Assembly (NCBI GenBank): GCA_002418265.1
Contig: DIDS01000014.1
Coordinates: forward strand, 146,503 to 210,502
Direction: 5' to 3'
Source: Acidimicrobiia bacterium UBA5794
GTDB lineage: Bacteria; Actinomycetota; Acidimicrobiia; Spongiisociales; UBA5794
DNA length: 64,000 bases
Made by a program: the position numbers and the translations under genes. The notes under the pieces were generated by a model. That model was not told where the DNA came from. It searched no databases and saw only the letters and a program-made list of their open reading frames with translations. How positions within the stretch are numbered: the first letter of the stretch is position 1; every line of letters starts with the position of its first letter. Positions 26,110 to 35,543 of this stretch are shown here, piece by piece.

Positions 26110-26643
26110 CTAAACAAGGTCGCGGACCGAGAGCACGGATCGAAGGTTTCGACCGGTTGCAGTGTTTCCGAGAATCTCCGGGAGCTTTGCGGCCAGCTTG
26201 CTTCTGCCAATCCCTGCGGGAGTATGCAGATAGAAAACGCCGTCGCTGAGCGCGAACTCCTCGTCTTTGGCGGCCAACTCGCTCGCGGCAGCGAGATCGA
26301 TGCCATCGGCGGTGTCATTGCGGAAGAAGAAATGCACACTTTTGGCATCGCTGATGCTCGTCTGAAACGGATTCGCAGAGATCGCAGCTTCCAGTTCGGA
26401 CGGGTTCAGGACAACAACGACAGGCTGGAAACCGTGTCGAGTTTTGATCACGTCACCAATCTGGGCGGCGACGGCCGACCGGTCAAGGGCAGGATCAGCT
26501 TCGAGAACGACATTGCCACTCTGGATGTATGTCCGGACATTGACGAATCCGTCATCGGCGAGGCTTGCGCGGAGGTCTGCCATCGACATCCGGTTGGCAC
26601 GTCCGACATTGACTCCCCGCAGGAACGCAATCCAGGTGTTCAT
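26110..26643 (-). CDS. DUF1697 family protein
   Basis: The N-terminus IAFLRGVNVGRANRMSMADLR is typical of DUF1697. Confidence 0.8.
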   Translation of the reverse strand: MNTWIAFLRGVNVGRANRMSMADLRASLADDGFVNVRTYIQSGNVVLEADPALDRSAVAAQIGDVIKTRHGFQPVVVVLNPSELEAAISANPFQTSISDAKSVHFFFRNDTADGIDLAAASELAAKDEEFALSDGVFYLHTPAGIGRSKLAAKLPEILGNTATGRNLRSVLSVRDLV

Positions 26644-26699
26644 GGCACTACAAGGTAGCCGTCATCGCTGCCAGGATGGCGGGAGGCTACCCTCGGTAG

Positions 26700-27092
26700 A
26701 TGACTCGTGCATACCTGCCCCCATCGTGGATCATGAAGGAGGTTGCCAACCGCGTCACGCGCCTCCTTGGCAACCCCATCCTCGACGTGAAGGGCCGCCA
26801 CAGTGGGCGTCTCCAATCAATCCCGATCAATGTTCTCCACCACGATGGGGAGCGATATCTGGTCGCACCACGTGGCGAGACTGACTGGGCCCGCAACGTT
26901 CGTGCCGCAGAATCGGCCCGATTGAGGACACGACGCAACGTCGAGGAGATTCGTCTCGTAGAGTTGGATACAGACGCCAAGCCAGAACTCATCACCGCCT
27001 ATCGGAAGCTCTGGGACCGCCCCACCAAGGTCCAGTGGATGGCATTACCCGACCCGGCCGACCACCCGATCTTCCGGATCGAGGACACATAG
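26700..27092 (+). CDS. deazaflavin (F420)-dependent nitroreductase-family protein (Ddn/DUF385-like)
   Basis: It is 130 aa with GRHSGRLQSIPINVLHHDGERYLVAPRGETDWARNV, a pattern typical of the family. Confidence 0.75.
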   Translation: MTRAYLPPSWIMKEVANRVTRLLGNPILDVKGRHSGRLQSIPINVLHHDGERYLVAPRGETDWARNVRAAESARLRTRRNVEEIRLVELDTDAKPELITAYRKLWDRPTKVQWMALPDPADHPIFRIEDT

Positions 27093-27094
27093 GT

Positions 27095-27133
27095 CCGTCC
27101 CCCGCTGGAAGAGGGAGCTAGCAGGGGGGCTCC
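27095..27133 (+). terminator. weak C-rich/G-rich hairpin directly after the stop codon; degenerate relative of the G6ACGG hairpins
   Basis: CCGTCCCCCGC...GCAGGGGGGC forms an imperfect stem with no T-tract. Confidence 0.3.
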
Positions 27134-27189
27134 TGACTTCGGATACTCGGCCTCGTCGGGTCGTCCCGTCCGGACCTAGAGTCCTGGGC

Positions 27190-28572
27190 GTGAATGTTCT
27201 TTTGATTTCTACGTACGAACTGGGTCGGCAACCGGTACATGTCGCAAGTCCGGCAGCGGCACTTGAGGCATCGGGCCACACCGTCAAGGCAATCGACCTT
27301 GCGGTTCAACAATGGGATCCCGCCCTCGTCGACTGGGCAGACACCGTTGCCATCTCGACGCCGATGCACACCGCCATGCGTCTCGCGATTTCCGTGTGTC
27401 GAAGGATCAAAGATCGTCGGCCGGATCTTCCGGTCGCCGCATACGGTCTCTATGCCGGCATGATGAACGAAGAGGAGTCGGACCTTTTCGACCGGGCAAT
27501 CGTCGGCGAGTACGAGAACACTCTGGTGCAATGGGTTGCTGGCCAACATTCGGATGAACCGGTGACGGTCCACCTCGACCGAGGTGGGTTCCGGAACCCG
27601 GACCGAAGCATCCTCCCCTCACTCGACCACTATGCACATCTGTCAGTCAACGGCGAAGAGCGGCTTGTAGGGGCCGTCGAGGCATCGCATGGGTGTGTTC
27701 ATCTGTGTCGTCACTGTCCGATTCCCGTTGTCTACAACGGCACGCTACGGATCGTCGATGCGGAAACCGTGCTTGCCGATATCGATCAGCAGGTCGCATC
27801 GGGTGCCCGACACATCACGTTCGGGGACCCGGATTTCCTGAATGGCCCTGCCCATTCTCTTCGGATCATTCGAGCAATGCACGAACGGCACCCCGACGTC
27901 ACGTTCGACTGCACGGTCAAGGTGGAGCACATCCTCGCTCATGCCGACATTTGGGACGAGTTCGCATCTGCAGGTTGTCTGTTCGTGGTGTCGGCATTCG
28001 AATCAATGAACGACGACGTGCTCATCAAACTCGACAAGGGACATACGGCTGAAGACGCGGCACGAGCCGTTCATCTTCTCCGAGACGCAGGCATCGACAT
28101 CAGGCCATCGTGGCTCCCATTCACCCCGTGGACGACACGGGAAGACATCGACGCGATGTTCCGTTTCATCAGCAGTCACGATCTGATCGAGTCGACCGAT
28201 CCGGTCCAAATGGGGATACGCCTCCTCATTCCCGCTGGGTCGCTCGTGCTTGACATCGACGGAATCGACAGGTTCATCGGCCAATACGACAGCATTGCCC
28301 TCACCCACGAGTGGACGAGTGATGACCCGGCCATGGATGCGTTGTCGGAAACCCTCATGAACATCGCGGAACAAGCATCGACCGATGGACTGTCGACAAC
28401 CGACACATTCATGCAACAGTGGCTGGCTGTCACGGATGGCACCGATCTCGAAGCCCCAACCGTGGCCATTGACCAGGGAGCGACGCTTGGCCGACCCAAG
28501 CTGACCGAATCCTGGTTCTGCTGAGCTGAGCCAACCGCGAGCCAGTTGGGCTCGCTCGATTCCCCAGACTGA
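27190..28572 (+). CDS. B12-binding-domain radical SAM protein with a C-U-A-E-P tail (probable selenoprotein; TGA 28522-28524 read as Sec)
   Basis: It has the CVHLCRHC (Cx3Cx2C) radical SAM motif. The ORF-track stop is preceded by TGC and followed in frame by GCT GAG CCA. The frame stays open to TGA 28570-28572. A hairpin lies right after the UGA. Confidence 0.75.
28525..28555 (+). other. candidate bacterial SECIS hairpin
   Basis: GCuGAGCC-AAC / GUUgGGCUC-GC pairing gives about 10 bp with two single-nt bulges and a 9-nt loop (CGCGAGCCA). It begins 1 nt after the UGA. Confidence 0.5.
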
Positions 28573-28592
28573 GGACTCTCCCCGTCCTCTCT

Positions 28593-29270
28593 TCAGGAAC
28601 CACCGTGTCGTCTTTCGACAACCCGGTGAACGAGGATTGCGGCACCAATCGCGATGGCAGCCCCCATCGCGGCTCCACCAGCCGCGTCGGAGAACCAGTG
28701 GGCTCGGAGATATACGCGACTCAGGGCCATGACGAACGCAAACACACCTGCGATGATTTCCAAGTTGCGTCGCTCGGGACCGGCGGGCACCAGGACGATG
28801 ACGAGGGCAATCGCAACGGCGGCACTGGCAACGGAATGACCAGACGGAAACGAGTAGCCGGTGGTGGCAACAAGGGACATCGGGGGCCGTGGTCTTGCGT
28901 ACAGCGCCTTCACCGGACCGATGAACAGCTGTGACACCACCATGGCGAGCCCCCAAAAGGCAAGGCCCTCCCAACGTTTGCGGACAATGAGGTACACGGC
29001 GACTCCCACCATGATCGGTGCAACGATGATGGTGCTTCCGATGAAGTCCAAGACTTTGGCAAGCATCACAAGGACTGAGGATTCTGCATCAACTGCCAGT
29101 TGCCAGATCCAGTCGTCGATACCTTGGAGCCATTCCTTCATCGGCAGTACGGCGAGAGCAATGAATGTGAAACCCCCTATGGCCCACAAGATGAGAGACA
29201 CCCTCAACGTGGCGGGATGGTTCGCCAGCAGTGGGTGACGTATGAGTCGTTTCTGGGAGTTGGAGGTCAC
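28593..29270 (-). CDS. PAP2-family phosphatase (membrane)
   Basis: It has the YARPRPP, SFPSGHS and SRVYLRAHWFSD motifs. The GTG start overlaps the upstream stop (GTGA). Confidence 0.9.
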   Translation of the reverse strand: MTSNSQKRLIRHPLLANHPATLRVSLILWAIGGFTFIALAVLPMKEWLQGIDDWIWQLAVDAESSVLVMLAKVLDFIGSTIIVAPIMVGVAVYLIVRKRWEGLAFWGLAMVVSQLFIGPVKALYARPRPPMSLVATTGYSFPSGHSVASAAVAIALVIVLVPAGPERRNLEIIAGVFAFVMALSRVYLRAHWFSDAAGGAAMGAAIAIGAAILVHRVVERRHGGS

Positions 29271-31792
29271 AGCAGCCCATCACTTTCGAGTCGTCTCAAA
29301 GCGAACACGCCCGGAAGAATCGGTAGCCAGAAGGTCGCGATGCGATAGAGAAAGGTCGCAGAAACGGCAGTTGTCGCATCGAGGCCGAGAGCCGTCATTG
29401 CCGCAATCATTGCAGCTTCTGTTGCTCCGATGCCGCCAGGTATGGGAGCCAGATTCCCGAGCGCCTGGCCGCCCAGAAAGGTGAGCGCAACCCCAGCGAT
29501 ACTCAACCCGCCACCGAACGCCTCAAGGCTGAGCCACAGCGCGCCAATGGAAGCGATGATGATTGTGAAGGATCCACCGAAGAGCATCAGGATCTTCTCG
29601 GGTGAGGTCGCCACCCGTCCGAGGCTTCGACCGGAAGACTTGATCGCTGGCCATACCTTGGCAACGAAGAGCTTTCGGCTGAGTGGGAGAAACAGGACGA
29701 GGCTTGACAATGTGAAGACAGCCACCAGACCCACCAGCACCGTGTTCTCGGACGGAAGCTTGATGAAGTCATCGGCATTTCGTCCGAGCGTGATCACCGT
29801 GAAGAGCAGCAGTGCCATGTGAACTGCCATGGTGACCACGTTGGCGAGTCCAACCCCAGCGGCAGCTGATGTGAGGTCGATGCCGCTCTTTTGGAGGTAG
29901 CGGACGTTCGTGGCCATTCCTCCGATCTTCACGGGCGTGATTCGGTTGACGAAGGTTCCGGCGAACTGGGCGAGAATGGATGGAGCGAGCTGGATCCGTT
30001 CTGACACAGATCCCATGATGTTGAGGGCGGCGCCAACATATGTGGCGAACGCTGCCAAAAGAATCGCAGGTGTCCACTCCCAATCGGCATCAAGCACGGC
30101 ACGGAAGTCGGTTTTTGCAAGCTCGGGAATCAGGAAGTACATCGCAAGGGCGAAACCGAAAATCATGAGCACGGTCCGAGTCCCGACACGTTCGAGATTC
30201 TCGAGCGGTGTCTCCTCGACACCGGTTTGGGCCTCGATCTGTTCCCGGATGACTTCGTCGAGCCCTCTTTGCTGCTTGAGCGCCCCCCGGGTCGCACGCG
30301 TGAGCGCTGAGGGTTGAATCCTCGAGGACGCATCGGCGACTGGTTCGGGTCCGAGCACAGCAATGGCGCAGGCGACCGCTCGACGGGCACCAACGGCGGG
30401 CGCCGTTGAGGCGATCAACTCTGCAACATCAGATCGGAGTTCTCCCTCGGTGGCGGCCAGTTCTGAGAATCCAAAGTCGATGAGCCATGGTTTTCCGTCA
30501 GATGAAAACAAGACATTGGCGAGCCTGAGATCCCGGTGGGCGGTGCGATGATCGCGGAGAATCGCGACTTGCTTCCAGATGCTGCACAGCAATTCGTCCG
30601 TTATTGAGTCGGGTGCCACCGTATCGAGTGATCTGCCGTCGACCTGGTCATATGCCATCATCATCGATGTTGGTGGAATATCCGCTATCGCCTGCAGCTG
30701 TGGTGTCATGACGCCATCCTTGGAGGCCATCAGCGAGGCGACCGCCTCGTGCTCGACAGCGCGCTTGAGCGAGAGAAAGGGGATTTCGTCCCCAACATCT
30801 CTGAGGCGGAACATTCGCACAACTCTGAACATGATGTCGGAGTCGCGATCATCGTGTGTGAGTACCTTGATGAAGAGCCGCTTGCCATCCGACCGTATCC
30901 CGAAGTACGGCATCGATCCACGAGCGTCTACACCCGCCCGTTGGAGGAATGCAAGTCGTAGCCCTACTCGTTCGAGTCCTTCTGCAACGTCGAAACCTCG
31001 GGGACGACGGTCGGGTTCACCGAACATGAGCAAGACTGCGGCACCCATTGCATATGCAATGCCGATCGCAAGAAGTTCATCCACCGGTGCGTCGAGGTAC
31101 AAGATCACGCGGGTGGTGGCGAACAGGGCTATGGCGATCCATGCGTATCGTTTCCAGCGGTGGGTGAGGTGTGGAGCAATCGTAGAGAAGAACGCAGTGA
31201 GCGACACCAAAGAACCAAAGCGGAGTAACGGGTTGGACAGTGGTGGAACGACGATGCAATCAAGGAGTCCTCGACTCGCTCGGTCAGGACCACAGATCCA
31301 CGCGGGCTGGGTGGACAGAAGGTTCGGAGTAGAGAACGTCGACACCAGATATGTCTTCACCAACCAGAGGATTGCCAGTGACGCGATGACCGCAATGCCG
31401 GCCAGTGCGAGGCTTCTCCACCGTTTGTGCCCGACGAAGTACCACACGACGACGAAGGGAAGAATGGCACCAGCCGCTGATGTCAGAAGGAGAAGGACCA
31501 CCATCACCGCGCTCGGGACGTTGTCGAGAGTATCGACAACTTGGACGGTGATCGCTTCTGAAACCTGGTTGATCATCGTCGCCAGGGAGAACCCGACAAC
31601 GGTCACGATGACGGCTACCAGCAAGCGCAGGAGATCGGTTGGATGACGTCGATTGTGCTGTCGGGGCGGTTCATCGATCACCACCTCAGGTGGCGATGAC
31701 ACCGCCGTGGTGCGTCGGTGGTCCCCCACACCCTCATGGCCCATCGTTGTACTCAGGTCGTCAGCAGAAATGCGAGGGTCTGAGGGTTCCAC
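29267..31792 (-). CDS. multi-domain membrane protein: N-terminal TM region, protein-kinase-like domain and a C-terminal MprF-type flippase-like (UPF0104) domain
   Basis: It has HRDLRLANVLF...LIDFGFSE kinase-like motifs. The C-terminus reads GGQALGNLAPIPGGIGATEAAM. The start (GTG 31790-31792) abuts the upstream TAA. An alternative ATG lies at 31744. Confidence 0.75.
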   Translation of the reverse strand: MEPSDPRISADDLSTTMGHEGVGDHRRTTAVSSPPEVVIDEPPRQHNRRHPTDLLRLLVAVIVTVVGFSLATMINQVSEAITVQVVDTLDNVPSAVMVVLLLLTSAAGAILPFVVVWYFVGHKRWRSLALAGIAVIASLAILWLVKTYLVSTFSTPNLLSTQPAWICGPDRASRGLLDCIVVPPLSNPLLRFGSLVSLTAFFSTIAPHLTHRWKRYAWIAIALFATTRVILYLDAPVDELLAIGIAYAMGAAVLLMFGEPDRRPRGFDVAEGLERVGLRLAFLQRAGVDARGSMPYFGIRSDGKRLFIKVLTHDDRDSDIMFRVVRMFRLRDVGDEIPFLSLKRAVEHEAVASLMASKDGVMTPQLQAIADIPPTSMMMAYDQVDGRSLDTVAPDSITDELLCSIWKQVAILRDHRTAHRDLRLANVLFSSDGKPWLIDFGFSELAATEGELRSDVAELIASTAPAVGARRAVACAIAVLGPEPVADASSRIQPSALTRATRGALKQQRGLDEVIREQIEAQTGVEETPLENLERVGTRTVLMIFGFALAMYFLIPELAKTDFRAVLDADWEWTPAILLAAFATYVGAALNIMGSVSERIQLAPSILAQFAGTFVNRITPVKIGGMATNVRYLQKSGIDLTSAAAGVGLANVVTMAVHMALLLFTVITLGRNADDFIKLPSENTVLVGLVAVFTLSSLVLFLPLSRKLFVAKVWPAIKSSGRSLGRVATSPEKILMLFGGSFTIIIASIGALWLSLEAFGGGLSIAGVALTFLGGQALGNLAPIPGGIGATEAAMIAAMTALGLDATTAVSATFLYRIATFWLPILPGVFALRRLESDGLL

Positions 31793-33577
31793 TTACAGCG
31801 ACTGTCGATATCCGAAGAACTCGTGGTCCTCGTTGTAGCCGCCAAAACCTCCCCCGATGTTCGAGAAATCCTCAACGAACTCCAGCCCTTGAATCCATTT
31901 GACCTGCTTGAAACCGAGTTGGACCTCGTTGCGCAGACGCAACGGCGCACCGTGTCCATACGAGAGCGGTTCACCGTTCATGTCGTAGGCGAGCATGGTG
32001 AGGTGGTATCCCATCTGTTCAATCGGATGGGCATCGTAGTAAAGGCCTTCGTCCGGTCCATCTCCGAGTGAATAGAAGACGACCCACTTGGTCTCGGCTC
32101 GAGGACGAACGAGATCAACGATCGTTTGCATCGATACGCCTCCCCATTTGGCAACACCAGACCATCCCTGAATGCAGAAATGCTGGGTGATCTGTTCGTG
32201 GCGCGGCAAGGCCCGCAACTGGGAGAGACTGAGCTCAACGGGATTGTCGACGCATCCAGAAATCTGGAGCCGATAGTCCTCAAAGTCGTTGTCGAACAGC
32301 TCTCGATATCGAGTTGATGTCGGATACTTTCCGTTGTGCCAGAAATACTCCGATATGTCAGATTCGCTGTATTCCCCGGGTGTTGCATCGACATGTTCGA
32401 ACAGGCGTTGTATCGGGCCGATCAGCGCGTACCCCACTCGTTGAACCACACGGGGCTTACGCAAGGTGAAGGGTGTGGCAGCAACCCATCCTATGACGAC
32501 AACAACCATCGACAGGGAAAACACCGTGAATCCGATCCAAGAATCGTCGTTACGAAACGCATACATGTGATTGAGGTTGCGCAACAAACCGGTCATGAAC
32601 ACCATTGAGACGTGCATCACGATGAACAAGAGAAACCAAACGAGAACGAAGAAGTGCAAGGATCGCGCCACTTGAATGCTGAGCAGTTTGCTCAGTCGTT
32701 TGAAGCGAGTCGACAACGCCGGTGACATACCGAGACCTGTGACGAGGGCTAGAGGCGCCGCCACGAACACCGTGACGAAGTAGGAAAGGAGCTGAAGGCT
32801 GTTGTAGGCAACCCACCCGTGTTCGGCTGGCCAGTCAAGGGATAGATATTGGATCAGTACCGATACTGCATTCGGGAACACCGCCCACGACGTGGGTACG
32901 AGGCGCATCCAGTGGCCTGTCGCGAAGAGCAGTACATAGAACACGAGACCGTTGGCGAGCCAGATCACATCGACACCGAGATGCCACCACCGAGCCAGTC
33001 CGATGGAATGGCGAATTCCGGGAAGTCCCACCTGTTGGGGTAGCCCGACCGAATCCTCCTTTGCGGTCCACAGGGGATCCTCAGGAACCGGCTCTTGAAA
33101 GCGGAACCAGTCGCGTCCCGGGGTGCTGTGGCGCGTCCAATACAGCCGGGGATGGTCGGCAAGAATCTGGATTCCTGACCGGATGATGAAGATCATCAAG
33201 AACAGATTGAGGAAATGCTGAATCCCGACAAAGACGGGGAATCCTGCGTCCTGGAGGGCATTCGGTGGCTCCACCGTGCCCGGATATCGTGCGATGAAGT
33301 CCTGCGCCCAGGACATGTTTCGGAGTCCCTGTGCGGCTGCAACGGCACCGATGAGCAGCACAAAACCAATCGGAAGAAGCCACAGCAGGTTGAACCAGCG
33401 GCTCCGACCGATGCGAATGCGTGGCGCAATTCCCCCGGACTGGGGCATCGAACCAGCCCACGTCTGGGGATCAACGACACTGCCACCAACGGTGAGCTGC
33501 TCTTGAAGGGAAGCGCCCTCGATCGGATGGTTCGCATGCGCCGCTGCGGGCTCCTCGTTGCCGACGCTGCTGGTCAT
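31793..33577 (-). CDS. molybdopterin-dependent oxidoreductase (sulfite-oxidase/YedY-like domain) fused to an N-terminal polytopic, cytochrome b-like membrane domain
   Basis: The C-terminus has QHFCIQGWSGVAKWGGV and GAPLRLRNEVQLGFKQVKW (SUOX-family Moco domain). The N-terminal ~370 aa has multiple TM helices. Confidence 0.8.
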   Translation of the reverse strand: MTSSVGNEEPAAAHANHPIEGASLQEQLTVGGSVVDPQTWAGSMPQSGGIAPRIRIGRSRWFNLLWLLPIGFVLLIGAVAAAQGLRNMSWAQDFIARYPGTVEPPNALQDAGFPVFVGIQHFLNLFLMIFIIRSGIQILADHPRLYWTRHSTPGRDWFRFQEPVPEDPLWTAKEDSVGLPQQVGLPGIRHSIGLARWWHLGVDVIWLANGLVFYVLLFATGHWMRLVPTSWAVFPNAVSVLIQYLSLDWPAEHGWVAYNSLQLLSYFVTVFVAAPLALVTGLGMSPALSTRFKRLSKLLSIQVARSLHFFVLVWFLLFIVMHVSMVFMTGLLRNLNHMYAFRNDDSWIGFTVFSLSMVVVVIGWVAATPFTLRKPRVVQRVGYALIGPIQRLFEHVDATPGEYSESDISEYFWHNGKYPTSTRYRELFDNDFEDYRLQISGCVDNPVELSLSQLRALPRHEQITQHFCIQGWSGVAKWGGVSMQTIVDLVRPRAETKWVVFYSLGDGPDEGLYYDAHPIEQMGYHLTMLAYDMNGEPLSYGHGAPLRLRNEVQLGFKQVKWIQGLEFVEDFSNIGGGFGGYNEDHEFFGYRQSL

Positions 33578-33755
33578 ATGCCAAGATTATCCTCGTATCA
33601 CGCTGGGTTCGACGGATCGACAGCACATTCGGTGGGAGGGTTCCCGTATTCGTTCTCAGCAGCCAGAAGAGTCGATTCCCATGAGTGATTGAGGTGTTCG
33701 AGGACTCCTGCCATGTGTGATCCCCTGCCATTCCTCAACACCTAGTCTGATCTTC

Positions 33756-35408
33756 GTGACTGAATCAGCAACTGCGCCGCTACGCATCAAGTGGTATCGG
33801 GCCATCTGGATCGCGGCCATGTTTTCAAACATCGGATCGTTCCTCCAGGCGGTTGCAGGGGCCTGGCTGATGAAAGAGCTCACGGACTCTTCAGCAACAT
33901 GGGTTGCACTGATGGTCGTGTCGAACATTTTGCCGGTTCTCTTCCTGTCGCTGCTCGCCGGTGTGGTGGCGGACATGTTTTCAAAGGCGAGGGTGATGCT
34001 TTGGTCGCAAATCCTCATGGGATTCTCGGCCGCGGCCATGGCCGCCACCACTTACCTCGACGTGATCACACCCGGTCTCCTGCTCGGTCTCGGACTGCTC
34101 CTCGGGGTCGGAATGGCGTTCAACCTTCCCGCGTGGCAGTCGATCGTTCCCGAGCTTGTCCCCCGCGGCATGGTTGCAAGCGCTGTTGCCCTCAACTCAG
34201 CCAGTTTCAACGTCGCACGGGCGGTCGGTCCTGCCCTCGGTGGTTTGATTCTCGCCGTGTCGGGTCCGGCAATGGCATTCGGTCTCAACACGTTGAGCTA
34301 TCTCGGCGTGATTGTTGTTGTGGCAGCGCTTGCCCGATCCTGGGAAAAGCAGTCCGACGAGCAAGCCTCCGTCGGTTTGATCGTCAGTTCCATTGGCCTC
34401 TCCGTCCGGTATGCACGGTATTCGCCGGTCTTTCGACGGGTGCTGGGGCTTGTTGCATTGTTCGGTATCACGACTGCCGTGATCCAGGCAGTCCTGCCGA
34501 ACCGGACCTCGGAACTCGACGGAAGCGAGGCCGTCTACGGACTGCTTCTCGGCGCCATGGGGGTCGGTGCCCTGATCGCTGCGTTCGGACGGACCCGATT
34601 CGAACCGATCAGGACAGGCAAAGCGCTCCCATACACGATCATCACCTTCGGTATTGCCGGAATCGTGATCGGGATTACCGCGAATCTGGTGGTTGCGCTC
34701 GTCGGGATGCTTGTTGTTGGTGCCTGCTGGATTCTCACACTCACCGTCTTGAACGCTACGACCCAACTGATGACACCAGGATGGATCCGTGGCAGGGTGA
34801 TGAGCCTCTACCTCCTCGCCTTCACCGGAATCATGCCGCTCGGCTCGATCGCTTCGGGTGCGCTGGCTGACCGGATCGGGGCCGGGAGCGCGATGATCTG
34901 GTTCTCGGTAGGGACCGTCGCCCTCGGACTGATCGCACCGTTGTTCAGAATTCCTCGACTCGACGAGGTTCGGACGCCCGAGTTCGAGCGCCAGCGTCGC
35001 ATGCCCAGACACGCAGCCGACGAGGGAGGACCCGTCCTGATTGCCAACACCTGGCAGCTCGATCCCGACAGCATCGATGACTTCCTCGAACTCCTCGAGC
35101 GAGTCCGTCGGATCCGACTGCGCAACGGGGCATACTCGTGGCGGCTGTATCGCAACACCGACGACCCGTACCGGTTGACCGAAATGTATCTGTACACATC
35201 GTGGGAGGAACATCTTGCTCAGCACACCAGGACGGACGATGCTGCTGCCGCCCTGCTGAGAGACGCCATGCAATTCGATACGAACAACGGCCCTACCAAC
35301 CGACGCCTCATCGCTGTCAACCTGCACCACCCTCCGAACTGGGACGAGTTGGTAACAAACCTCCACACCGACCAAGAAGAAACAGGCGAGTTGTATCTGA
35401 CCGACTGA
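33756..35408 (+). CDS. MFS transporter (EntS/MFS_3-like) with a C-terminal soluble ABM-like extension
   Basis: It has 12 predicted TM segments, and the NVARAVGPALGG motif is typical of this MFS clade. The C-terminal ~110 aa are hydrophilic. The ORF is open from GTG 33717. I chose GTG 33756. Confidence 0.8.
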   Translation: MTESATAPLRIKWYRAIWIAAMFSNIGSFLQAVAGAWLMKELTDSSATWVALMVVSNILPVLFLSLLAGVVADMFSKARVMLWSQILMGFSAAAMAATTYLDVITPGLLLGLGLLLGVGMAFNLPAWQSIVPELVPRGMVASAVALNSASFNVARAVGPALGGLILAVSGPAMAFGLNTLSYLGVIVVVAALARSWEKQSDEQASVGLIVSSIGLSVRYARYSPVFRRVLGLVALFGITTAVIQAVLPNRTSELDGSEAVYGLLLGAMGVGALIAAFGRTRFEPIRTGKALPYTIITFGIAGIVIGITANLVVALVGMLVVGACWILTLTVLNATTQLMTPGWIRGRVMSLYLLAFTGIMPLGSIASGALADRIGAGSAMIWFSVGTVALGLIAPLFRIPRLDEVRTPEFERQRRMPRHAADEGGPVLIANTWQLDPDSIDDFLELLERVRRIRLRNGAYSWRLYRNTDDPYRLTEMYLYTSWEEHLAQHTRTDDAAAALLRDAMQFDTNNGPTNRRLIAVNLHHPPNWDELVTNLHTDQEETGELYLTD

Positions 35409-35428
35409 CCGACTGACCGACTGACCGA
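35397..35428 (+). repeat. tandem octamer (CTGACCGA)x4 spanning the MFS stop codon
   Basis: Read directly from the sequence. The TGA recurs every 8 nt, so stops fall in all three plus-strand frames. Confidence 0.9.
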
Positions 35429-35453
35429 CTTCAGACGTCAGAAGCGGACCAAA

Positions 35454-35481
35454 CCGTCCCCCCGGTCTACCGGGGGGACGG
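35454..35481 (+). terminator. perfect 12-bp GC hairpin (CCGTCCCCCCGG tcta CCGGGGGGACGG) between convergent genes
   Basis: Read directly from the sequence. It lies 46 nt after the MFS stop. It has no T-tract, which fits the actinobacterial I-shaped terminator type. Confidence 0.6.
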
Positions 35482-35500
35482 GTGTGAAAGACACCAAGCA

Positions 35501-35527
35501 CCATCCCCCCGCTCCGCGGGAGGACGG
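35501..35527 (-). terminator. G6A(T/C)GG-family hairpin 17 nt after the hemerythrin gene stop
   Basis: The minus-strand sequence reads CTTCTTTCCGTCCTCCCGC gga GCGGGGGGATGG. It is homologous to 13444-13475. Confidence 0.5.
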
Positions 35528-35543
35528 AAAGAAGAAGGACGGT

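Noticed and set aside
33578-33716. I looked for a Moco riboswitch upstream of the Mo-oxidoreductase gene.
   Set aside because: I could not find the conserved Moco-motif segments or a convincing multi-stem structure by eye. A covariance-model scan would be needed to be sure.
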